The translations under genes were made by a program, and so were the position numbers. Below the pieces are notes generated by a model. The model had not been told where the DNA came from. It saw only the letters and a program-made list of their open reading frames with translations, and ran no database searches. A DNA stretch of 20,680 nucleotides, taken from Paraphysomonas bandaiensis (lineage: Eukaryota > Protista > Chrysophyceae). Shown one piece after another: positions 1 to 9,985 of this stretch. Each line of letters opens with the position of its first letter. Within the stretch, counting starts at the first letter, position 1. The stretch covers positions 1 through 20,680 of the forward strand of contig CBFFRP010000341.1 of the NCBI GenBank assembly GCA_965644295.1, given 5' to 3'.

Positions 1-514
1 CGGCATGAACATGAACACATTGATACCCTGAATATGCCTTGACCAATTTCAGCTTTGTCACTGTTACAGCTATACGGTTGTATCTTACACCAACACTGCT
101 TTCACTGAATACTTTTTGCATTTATATGTAATATGCTGACATATTGACACAATAAAATTATTAGACTAATGGCTAGATTTTTGTAATGATACTTGTTAAG
201 TATGTATACTTCTTCATATAATACTCTCTGTTTAATCTTCTGCTGACAACTTTGCCATACTGTACTGTCGCTATAAGTAAAACCGCAATCATTTCAATTA
301 GAACAGCCACTTTATTATCGTGCAATAATGGACAGCTTAATAGGTACAAGATATATAGAAAAGGATGCGTGCATCTCATTCCTCAATAAAAATAACATAA
401 CTGTATGATGTGTATATAACAGAACGTTGAGACAGATCAAACGAAATATAAAAGTCCTGAAGAAACCAAGTATTTACGGCTGAACAGTACAGATATTATA
501 TACCGTATCACCCG

Positions 515-2215
515 TTACATGTTCAGTAAAGTTGGAGGGGCTTTCACTCTCCATAGCCAGTCCTCACCCAGGCAATACCTCATGTGTGCTGCAACTAGTC
601 GAACAGTCCAGTGTTCCGGAGGATTCGATAACCCAGAGGCTTCAATAGTATGTACTACATCTGAAGGAAGTATTGAGTGAGAAATTGCACGCCGGCGATT
701 GTCCTGTAGACTCGCAGAAGAATCGTAGAATTTGATGTTGAATATATGAAGATACACGGCAATAACGAGGTCAAAGTCATCATCAGACACTCCAAAATCG
801 ACCCAGCGATACGGTAGTCTGTCTTTTACAATACAGTCCAGCAGAAATGATCTCACAGCTGCAGCAGAAATGCAATGCTCCTTGGAAATAGAATCCACAG
901 TGTGTCCCTTTATCCACTTAGCGTAGCAATGATGTCGCGCACACGAACCGTGTGCGGGGGGTGAATAGTTGAGAACAGGAGCCGGAAAAGAATGAGTGCT
1001 TCGAACAAATACGTGGGCTTCAGTGGAAAGGAAAAAAGCACCACGAACAACGTGTACGCCACAAACCTGACCAGCGTTTAAAGTACTTACAGCTGTTGTA
1101 GTTGCCGGTAATGTGCTCGTTTCAGTATTGGCGGGATTAGCCAAAGAAAAAATGCGAGGTCCCGATGCGTGACCACAGGGAGACACACTCGCTCCTGCAT
1201 CATGTGCTTCATACGGAGAGCGTCGCGCATGATTTGTGTGGGGTCGGGGAGGTCCTATCGGGACGGGGGAAAACCGCGCGGATTCTGGTAGGGGCGCACA
1301 GGATTGGGGGGGAAATCGGGGGGATTTTGTTCGTCCTCCGAATGGGGCGCCATGTTCCTCAGTAAGTGCAGCGGTAAATGAGGGGTACGTAAAGGCATTT
1401 TTCTGCAGCATCTCATACATTACGTTTCTACAATCATTGTAACTTATATCCTGCCTAACTGCATATCCTCTTGAAAACATCCACCTATCCAGAATGCTCA
1501 TGCATACTGCGTATGATGCGTAAGCATCTAAAGAGGCATAGAGCTGCTGCTCCACAGACAAGGGAACTTGTTCCCAGTTCCCACACCTAGTTGTCATCGG
1601 CTTTTCTAAAGTGAATTTAAGTTCATCCGCAACCATTCCTGCCAGGGAGGAGCTAGGAGGCACCTGGGTAACCTTCGAAAGTCTGCGTAGATCGCACACA
1701 CCTTGTACGGAGTCCAAACAATTCATTTCGGTACCAAAGTCTCTCATCAACTTGCGAACGTCACCATTAATATTAAGCCCAACTTTTATAATACGCGGAT
1801 CAATAAGAATGTCGAGTAATGGTCTGATGAATCCACTGGCGTGTACATGAAAGAGATAAGCAGTCTTCCCTCTATAGAGCTGTATGAGAGCGACGGGGTT
1901 CATCCTTCCGGGAATATAATCCACTTTCCACTCACAGTCAAAACCCCACACCGCAAACGAGTCTCCAGCCGACTGAGTAACTCGTTGACACCCGCGTGAG
2001 ACCTCCTCAGCAGATGTGCAGTATACGATTGTAGCGTCTGCGGGCAGGACGAGAGAGGGTCTCTCTACAGAGAGGCATGTGTGGTACGGGTGATGGTGAT
2101 GATGGGCTCCTCTCAGTTGGTTACCATCTCGTTTATATGGAGGTTGAGTGGTCATCCTACTCATATTCATGTACTGCGGAGGACAGTGTGGATATCTGTC
2201 TGTGTGTGTCTGCAT
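515..2215 (-). CDS. WRN-like DEDDy 3'-5' exonuclease with a C-terminal HTH_40-like domain and no helicase core (566 aa as an unspliced ORF)
   Basis: ExoI WGFDCEW, ExoII GLNINGDVRKL and ExoIII YASLDAY motifs, plus VALIQL and GNWEQVPLSVEQQLYA typical of WRN/WEX/EXD2 exonucleases. A Pro/Ser/Thr-rich linker leads to WIKGHTVDSISKEHCISAAAVRSFL..., which resembles the HTH_40 of WRN/RecQ C-termini (less certain). A 54-nt in-frame intron is possible at 1018-1071. Confidence 0.88.
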   Translation of the reverse strand: MQTHTDRYPHCPPQYMNMSRMTTQPPYKRDGNQLRGAHHHHHPYHTCLSVERPSLVLPADATIVYCTSAEEVSRGCQRVTQSAGDSFAVWGFDCEWKVDYIPGRMNPVALIQLYRGKTAYLFHVHASGFIRPLLDILIDPRIIKVGLNINGDVRKLMRDFGTEMNCLDSVQGVCDLRRLSKVTQVPPSSSLAGMVADELKFTLEKPMTTRCGNWEQVPLSVEQQLYASLDAYASYAVCMSILDRWMFSRGYAVRQDISYNDCRNVMYEMLQKNAFTYPSFTAALTEEHGAPFGGRTKSPRFPPQSCAPLPESARFSPVPIGPPRPHTNHARRSPYEAHDAGASVSPCGHASGPRIFSLANPANTETSTLPATTTAVSTLNAGQVCGVHVVRGAFFLSTEAHVFVRSTHSFPAPVLNYSPPAHGSCARHHCYAKWIKGHTVDSISKEHCISAAAVRSFLLDCIVKDRLPYRWVDFGVSDDDFDLVIAVYLHIFNIKFYDSSASLQDNRRRAISHSILPSDVVHTIEASGLSNPPEHWTVRLVAAHMRYCLGEDWLWRVKAPPTLLNM

Positions 2216-2404
2216 GGCATGATATTCTTGTTCCTGTAGAGGTACTCCATGATGACACTGTATGCAGGAATCCTCGAGGTCAAGAGGAGCGTGTGCTATG
2301 CTCTGTATGTCCTACCTCTGCATGTACCTGTCCGCTGTGAATGTACTGTATGTACCTCTGTGTGTAATCTGTGTGTCCTGTACTGGGACCATTTTGGAAC
2401 GACT

Positions 2405-2526
2405 TGTATATTTTTGTTCAGAGATGCCTCTAATATTGAGATAACAATTATCTGTATTCCAGCCGTAGTTTTATTTCAGTTATGTAGAGTATATTTGCTT
2501 CAATTTATTTCCGAAAAATAAGATGC
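2405..2526. repeat. 122-bp dispersed element, copy A, in the exonuclease/M16 divergent intergenic region
   Basis: Ungapped alignment to 9489-9610 with 19 mismatches in 122 nt (~84%). Confidence 0.95.
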
Positions 2527-2825
2527 TGACTGCCAATTCGGTTGTATACGGTATACAGCGGTATACCTGACTGTATCGAAACCGCCCGTTCGCCCCAATA
2601 TTAAAAAGAATGGCCTGAAGAAATTGCCGAGAACAGCCAGTCGCTGTCTGTCCAGTTACCCACACGCAGACATGTACACGTACAGTGCAGTAGTGCCGTG
2701 TACATGTACAGATAGTGTCTATATGTAGAGCCCAGCCCACTGCTATGAGAACACAACACTCATCTAGCTCATATCATACATCTCATATCACTATAACGCC
2801 ACTGATGTACAGATAGTTAAGAACT

Positions 2826-5800
2826 ATGAGTTCTTTTGAAGAGAGAGCTGTGCGTTTGAACCCTCATCTGATAAGAGGACAAGTCAATGGTCTCACTTAC
2901 TACATCCTTCCTAACGAACGTCCTGACGACAAGATCGAGCTAAGGTCACTTGTGTTAGTTGCTGTTAGTCTCATTAGCGTTAATATCTCTGATAAGGCTC
3001 ATTGTTAATGTCGGGAGTTTAATGGAGAGTGAGTCGGAGAGGGGGCTGGCGCACTTCATCGAGCACCTGGGATTCAAAGGTGGCATTCATTCGCTCTGGT
3101 ACCGCTGTAACTTGATATGACTTTAGGCACAAAGTCTTTTGCTCAGTACGAGCTTGTGAAGGCCCTTCAGTCACTGGGGATATCTTACGGGCCTGATTTG
3201 AACGCCTCCACACATTTGTTGGAGACAAATTATAAGCTCACAGTGAATGTCGACCCTGATTTAAATCAACTGAAAGTCGGGGCTAAAGTGTTAAATGAGT
3301 GGGCTTTTAACATGAACATAACCGAGACCGATGTTCAAGAAGAAAAGTATGTCATATCTTCTGAATATTTAGCGAAACAGGGTTTGGGGGAGCGCTTGTT
3401 AGCGAAATACTGGAAGGCCATTTTCGACGACACTGATTCTACCAGCCTGCTTGCTAACCGCATGCCAATAGGAATACCGTCTGTGTTTATGAATACCGAT
3501 AGCACAGCTCTGCGTACTTTCTATGAAAAATGGTATCGACCAGAGAATATGGCAGTTGTCGTAGTTGGGGCTTGCACGGGGCGTGTGAGAGAAGTAGAAG
3601 ATATCATAACAACAGCTTTTCAGCAATGTGAGCTGACGCGGCAGGCTCATTCGTCAGATGTTTACACGTTTACTGACCGAGTTATAAACCTTCAGGCTGC
3701 ACACCTCACTCTCCCTTCCCACCATTCCAATGACGTGGTCGTATTGATGAGAGACAAGGAACTCACCTCTGCCCAGGTATCCTACGAGTTTTTTTCGCCT
3801 GTGCAACTGGGCTGCAAGGAAGAATTTTTCAGAAGCAACATTCTACACAGATTAATGACAAGCGTTGTGGACTCTCGTATGAATGAACTAGTCAAAAGGC
3901 GGGGAAATGTTCCATCAGATGCTGTGGTACTGCCTTCCGGTGAATCGCCATTCTTGTCTTTTGGAATATCAGTAAGGGAGTTTGTGAGAGGACTTCTATG
4001 TGTAGGGGTAACGGCAGTGCTAAAGCTTCAATCAAAGGGTTTAGGTTCCTCGTCTGGATCAGGATCAGATTCTGACTCAGAGGAGTGCAAGAAAGACGTG
4101 CATGTGCGCGACGAAGGCAGCGTCACGGAGACTGATGTAGCCACTGCTCTGCGGGCAATGATGGTTGAAATGAGGAGACTAAAAGACCATGGGCTTCATC
4201 TGAGCGAGCTTGATGCTGCGAAAAAGAAGTGGAGGCAGATGTTTGTGGATCAGCGCGACCGTAACACTGCTACTTCTAGCGCGTTATGTGCGGACCTTAC
4301 TGACCACATCCTGTGCGGGGGGCAGACCCCCTTCGCTACTCCACAGGAGGAGGCATCTCTGTGCATAGAGTGCTTAGAAGGTGTTACAGTGGATGAAATG
4401 AAAGTTTTCATTTCTCAAGTTCTTGATATGCATTTACCTGAACCGGAGAGTACCTACTACATCAAACCGCAGTCGTTTCGCGTGTTGTCTGTCCAGCTCC
4501 CTTTCTGCACAGCTGCGGGCAGTGATGATACTGATCCATGTCACTTTGCAAAGGACAGTGACTTAAGGAAGGCGTTGTTGCATGCTCGTGAAGAAGTGCA
4601 GGCCATAGATACAATGGAACCTTGGCCATCACACGACCGTATGCATGAGGAGGATATAATAGCTGCAGCAAGACGAGCGTTGGAAGATTCTGGAGCACCC
4701 AAGAACACTTCCAATGGCTCCTCATTAGTCCAACCCACAAAATGTCAATGCTGTGAAAATGCATTTTCCTTTCTCCCGCATAGCCTTTTGAGGAGTATTG
4801 AAAAAGAGCAAACCCCCCCAGATGAGTCTAAAGTTGAAAACATTTACATTAGCCAGACTGTCTCCGACCAGTCTGTAAAGGGCGTGTCCATGGCCGTCAA
4901 CTCAATCGATAGCATCGGGAGTACTGAGTTTAAGTTGCCGAATGGAGTTACTGTTTGCGTTAAATGGATGCCTAAGGAGAGCCCCGGTAAAATTTCTTTC
5001 CAGGGATTCGCTCTTGGTGGAAGTACAGAGCTGACTGAAAGTGAAGATGCAGTTATGGCAATGCTCGACAACATTGCGTGCCAATCACCTACTGTAGTTG
5101 GGAAGGAACCTGAGTCCGCTATAGTCATCCGCGCTAAGGATATGGCTGACATTCAAAGCGAAAATAATACTAGAGTCAATACTCAGCGCCACTACAATCA
5201 TCGTGGATTAGGTGGGAGCTGTCCTTGCGATCATTTCGAACTGCTGCTGAGTATGCTGGTTTTGAAGCTGACATCGCAAAGACTTGATAGAGAGGCTTAC
5301 GATGACTTAATCAGCCGACAGAGAAGCCACCTTTGTTATCGTGACAACTCTCCAGAACACACGTTCATGGACCGAGCGAGAGTGCTAACTTGCGGGGACG
5401 TTCCCATTAGTCGACCTCTCACAGAAGAAGTTCTCGCAGGAGCATCCTTCGAAATGGCGGAGCTGCTCTATGCCCGGGCCTTTTTGGCTGATCCTACGGA
5501 ATTCACACTGGTTTTTGTGGGTGATCTTCCTCCGATGAGTGAAGTACAGAATATGCTTTTACGATACATATCCCCCCTGTGTCCTCTCCCTGAAGAATGT
5601 TTAAATGAGATTGGAGGAAGATGGTGTGCATCAAAAGGAAGCTGTGAGGTAAGGAAGGAGCAGGAGTACCCGTATACCAGGGTAGGGCATTCTCATCGAA
5701 TTGACAAAGCGATACATGAAACGATTCGTCTACGCCAGGCAGAAAAGGCATCCCTTCTTATAGCCTTCCGGGCTGATATGACCCCGCTTCACTTGGCCGA

Positions 5801-6377
5801 TGCGGAGGACTGTCTTCTGAGTGAAACTATTCTCATCGATGCGGCCTGTCGTGCCCTACAAAGCGCACTTCTTGATGAACTACGGATTAATATGGGTAAA
5901 GTATATAGCGTCGTAGTTGACTCATCTCGGGGTGCCTTGGCGACTTTCTCACTGATCAGCATCGGTATGCATTGCGATCCTGTCGACTTGCCAGAAGTAC
6001 AAGCTACGGTAGAGAGGAAGTTGACTGAGTTGCGAGCTGCTGGACCAGATGCTGGCACTTTGCATGGAATTGTAGAAGCCATGCTGAGCAAGCAAAAGCA
6101 AGGAATTACCTGTCCTTCACATTGGCTATTCTGGATTCTTGATAGCTACAAGACCTATAAAGTTCACGAATGGAAAACCACCAGAAATGCGAGACAGAGT
6201 GTTTCGCGTTGCTCGTCGAAGTGGGTACAGACATACGCACACAAGCGCTCCATAGGTAAGGCGGCTCATATCAAGGAGATTTTGTCAACAGAAACTGTGA
6301 GAGACGTGTATCTGCGTTATTTTGACATCACTAAATCAGTTCATTTGAATTTGTGTCCATGTGATCCCGTATTGTAA
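2826..6377 (+). CDS. M16 family zinc metallopeptidase, PqqL-like; exons 2826-2944, 2997-3079, 3127-6377 (~1150 aa)
   Basis: Splicing out GT-AG introns 2945-2996 (52 nt) and 3080-3126 (47 nt) gives NGLTYYI...IELR|LIVNVGSLMESESERGLAHFIEHLGFKG|TKSF...YGPDLNAST, containing the HXXEH inverted zinc motif. Also FYEKWYRPENMAVVVVG, a second-half KLPNGVTV and a C-terminal LRINMGKVY (R/Y pair). Exon sum is 3453 nt, a multiple of 3. Confidence 0.93.
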
Positions 6378-6666
6378 ATAATTTCTGAGGAATCGATATC
6401 ATGCGCGAATGAAGTAAGTTGGCTGTTACTAGAAGCCATGCTTGCTTGCGCAATCACTTTTAGTCTAGTGATTTTCTTCTACAGCTGCAAAATGATTGAG
6501 ATGCTAGGGTGGTGTGAGGGTCGATAAGAAAGCATAAAAATAATCATAATAATAAAGAATTGATCTTAAAAATATTAAAACAAAGTTGTGATTATTAGAA
6601 TGTAAAGTGATGAACACAGTAAAGTGAAAATTATAAATAACAATATAACACATAATTATCATGCAC

Positions 6667-6986
6667 TGTTGAGTTTTGCTGTTTGTGAGCAATTAAAAGC
6701 TGTAGTTTCCAAGATATTAGAATTATATCCGTTACTCAAAGAATACAGTAGTAGCTAGCTGTAGTATGAGAACCAATAATATGATAGCCATTGTAGTGAT
6801 AAAACTGAAATATACTGACTGTACAAGATAGTGACGATGTAAGATCGTACTAGAAATGGTTGGTGTAGTAGAGATAGAAAGAGTTGGTGAACGTCAATGA
6901 ATGAAGTATGGTATCTCTTATAATTATATAATATTCCATATAAGTGTTAACAAAGGTCTTATTACTAAAAATGTCTATTTCTAACA
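6667..6986 (+). mobile_element. Solo LTR (320 bp) of the Ty1/copia family found at 16.4-18.6 kb
   Basis: Termini TGTTGAG...TCTAACA, flanked by a perfect 5-bp duplication TGCAC (6662-6666 and 6987-6991). About 92-93% identical to 16921-17243. No adjacent PBS or internal sequence. Confidence 0.95.
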
Positions 6987-7539
6987 TGCACAACGGAATA
7001 GTTAGAAGTTTAACTGATAATGACGATTGTTATGATGACGATCATGTATCTTCAACAGATACTCTCTCTAATTCAGTTCATGATATATATTTTATTGAAC
7101 ATTATCTCACAGATACTGTCTTGAATTAAGCTGAATCCTAATAATAATAATTGGTATACTTACTGTTACTGAATGTTTCTTTCGCAATTGGATGATTATC
7201 GTTAGGATCGTTAGCATCTTCGCTTAAATGAATATTAGGTTTTCGTTTCCATCCTACTTCACTCTTCACTGATAGTTTATAGGCTATCACTCACAGATTA
7301 ATGAATGAATAGTAGCATCCGCTTATCAGAGTTAAGCACTAGTTAGTTAAATTGTTTTGCTACATTAGTTCTGACTCTTAAACGCCCACTGCTAATAATA
7401 AGACTTTCACTACTAAAATGTTAAGTCGTCGTGATCATTTTAAATGTAGCTCATGTGTGTGAACACGAAAGAGTCTTTGTACTGACTCAGAGTAAAAAAA
7501 GAGTAAAACTAAAGTAAAATGGTTTTAATAACAATTAAT

Positions 7540-9399
7540 TCATATCGCGACTATTTTCTTCAAAAATACAACAACCTCTTGTAACAACGAGCTGGGAAAA
7601 GATGAAGCCGACATGTTGTACATGAAAGTCATGTGATGCAGTCCAGCCACAGAAGACAACCGATGAAATATTCCATTCAGAGGAACATGTCTCGAGTCCA
7701 TTCCATCAATGGGAACTATTTCCACTACGACAGATCCTGGCTTCATGAAGAGTGTATTCATCATACCAGCGCCGTGGACCTGCAGATAAACTCCAATTAA
7801 GCAACACTATGAAAACATCATATAGTTTTACATACTCCGATCACTATATTGGCCTCTGAAAACAGCCTCACTTGACATGAGATACATTCCATGAGAAGAG
7901 AGTTGCTGTCCGAGAACACTTTTACATTAGGATCATTTAATGAGGATGAAATTTCTGCAACAATTTTCTCCAGCACCGCACTCGGCCATCTCCTCTTAAC
8001 GTCAAATAGGTTCTGTGTAAACGCTGATATCGTCCTGTGCAACACAAGTACACTTGGACGACTGAGAAGATTGGTAGAAGGCAATTCGGAGAAAGAGACA
8101 TTAGCAAAACGCATAAGAATACGCTTTGCGACGTGTAGCTCCCACGTATTGTAAACAGCATCCTGTTGTATGATTAACAACATGAAACACATACAGTATA
8201 TATATACCAGGCGTACATTACACTAAGCTACCAAACACTTGAGTACATGCAAATATACCTGACATCCACCCTCACGAGGCACAAGAGCTGTTCTCGCCAG
8301 GACAGGACCAGATACAAGTCGAGATCGATTGATACCCACAAAGTCTAGAAACCGATACGACAATAAATCATGAGGCAATGAGCGTTGTCGACTGAAACCA
8401 TAATGTATCTTGATATGTGGGTTCGCTAAAAGAAAATCTAAATGGTACAGGATCTATATCCATTGGATAATAATGAACCATGCCGGAAAAAGTACACGAA
8501 ACTTACTCTAGGGAAGGTTTCCAAGAAAAACTATAAAAGGCATATGAGTAAAGTAGGAAATAGTACTCAACGGATGTGACAACTTTGTGAAGTATTGTAT
8601 ATATTCGCAATATAGATGTCAACGATACAAGAGGATATCAGGTAGAACTTACCTGTCCAATCTGCGTGTCATCGAACTGCGACGCAACAAATACCATATC
8701 TTCTTTCGTAGATGAACGCGGTGTTTTAGCAGCAACACGAGATTGACGTTTGTGCAAAATGAACTCTCGAGAGTCCCGCAATGCAGTGGCAACTCCTGTC
8801 GACAGGGCTTTGCAAGAAGCAAATAATCCCACCCTCACATCCCCACAGTGGGATATTAGCATTCCACTCCTCGACACAAGCACATCGGATGCATTAATTA
8901 GAAATGGGTATTGTGTGAAAAGCATGTTTCGGGGTCGGATAACTGAGAGCAGATCCTTTCGGCGACAAAAAGGTAAGGATGAGTAGCCATGGCAGCGGGG
9001 GTGATCGGCATGAAAATGAGCCACGGCACGAAATGGTGTGCGCTTAGGGTCACGGAAACATGCTCGAAATTTCTTAGTATAAGCCATGTACAAAGGTGTC
9101 GTGCATAGGTTAGAGTTAGCCTGATACAAAAGAGCAGTTGACTGCACGCGTTTGAGATCTTCTTGCACGTCAGCTGGTGGACTACACGTCCTGTATTCGA
9201 TAGCACCAGCAGCGGAGTTCAACGAGCAGCGTGCAAGTGATGTGGATTCCTCAATCTTTCTACTCAATGAGTGATAGTAGTATGAGCCTAGGCGGGGATA
9301 CACATCGAGCATATCAGGAATACTGAGAGACACATTGAATGAGAGGAGCAGCACCACTGCAAGAGCAGAGCGCAAGTATCTCAACCAATACACGTTCAT
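7540..9399 (-). CDS. Glycosyltransferase family 61 (DUF563/EOGT-like) protein; exons 9399-8653, 8530-8507, 8453-8259, 8162-7836, 7779-7540 (~510 aa)
   Basis: N-terminal hydrophobic signal/anchor (ALAVVLLLSFNVSL). Four GT-AG introns (8652-8531, 8506-8454, 8258-8163, 7835-7780) give IGQ|FFLETFPR|ILYHL and QVRLFSEANIVIG|VHGAGMMNTLFMKPGSVVVEI, the GT61 HGAG.N..F motif. Exon sum is 1533 nt. Confidence 0.88.
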
Positions 9400-9488
9400 A
9401 CTATGACATGACTATGGTTCACGCATACTCCATGTACACAGTGCGCCATCGATGGCAGTCTCCGGAGCGCAGATCAGAAAAGGGCGTA

Positions 9489-9610
9489 TGTGTATTTTTG
9501 TTCAAAGATGCCTCTAATATTGAGACAACAATTTTCTGTATTCCAGCTGTAGTTGTATGTAGGCACTATAGAAGTTTTTTGCTTCATTTTATTTCCGAAT
9601 AATAAGATGC
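9489..9610. repeat. 122-bp dispersed element, copy B, in the GT61/ABCA divergent intergenic region
   Basis: Ungapped ~84% match to 2405-2526 in the same orientation. Confidence 0.95.
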
Positions 9611-9985
9611 ATTGGCTGTATATTAACGGGACGGAAGTGCATCAACCGGACATAGCTATCACGTATCATCCACTCCACACTAAGTGCTGTATTCATATTC
9701 CAGGAATACTGTCGAATACAGTTATAGAACTTCTATACTTCGACTTCCCGTCAATCTCTCACTCTAGAATTCCAACACTTGAGATTTTTTGGTTTGTATG
9801 GCATCCTTGTTGAAGGAGGATGCGGGTCTCATTGGCCTCCTAACATACCGTGACACACTCCATCAATCAACCTCTCTGTATAATCATCTCCGTCATCTGT
9901 CTACCTCATTAGTAGTCATCAGGAGTCTTGGAGCGATCCAATAGTGTGCAGAGAGAGGGCATTGCACGAATTTAGCACGTCCAAT

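Noticed and set aside
1-379. 68-aa minus ORF (173-379) and an open minus frame running off the left edge
   Set aside because: AT-rich, no recognisable motif and no splice model I can support. It could be the start of a gene outside the window.
2249-2521. ORFs 2249-2521 and 9339-9602 share a peptide (FLFxDASNIExTIxCIPAVV)
   Set aside because: By-product of the 122-bp DNA repeat. The changes are mostly non-synonymous and the N-termini are unrelated, so this is not a protein family.
2670-2707. 11-bp inverted repeat acatgtacacg / cgtgtacatgt
   Set aside because: Built from the tgtac/catg words that are abundant in this intergenic DNA; no independent support for function.
3399-6091. Antisense and alternate-frame ORFs within M16 (and similarly within the exonuclease, GT61 and ABCA genes)
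   Set aside because: Shadows of real coding sequence with no motifs of their own.
6944-7129. Acidic 61-aa ORF in AT-rich DNA, considered as a viral remnant
   Set aside because: Starts inside the solo LTR, is short and has no recognisable homology.
9944-9985. GTG start given by the ORF track for ABCA
   Set aside because: Eukaryotic gene; the ATG at 9986 directly precedes the family's N-terminal QL..LWKN motif.
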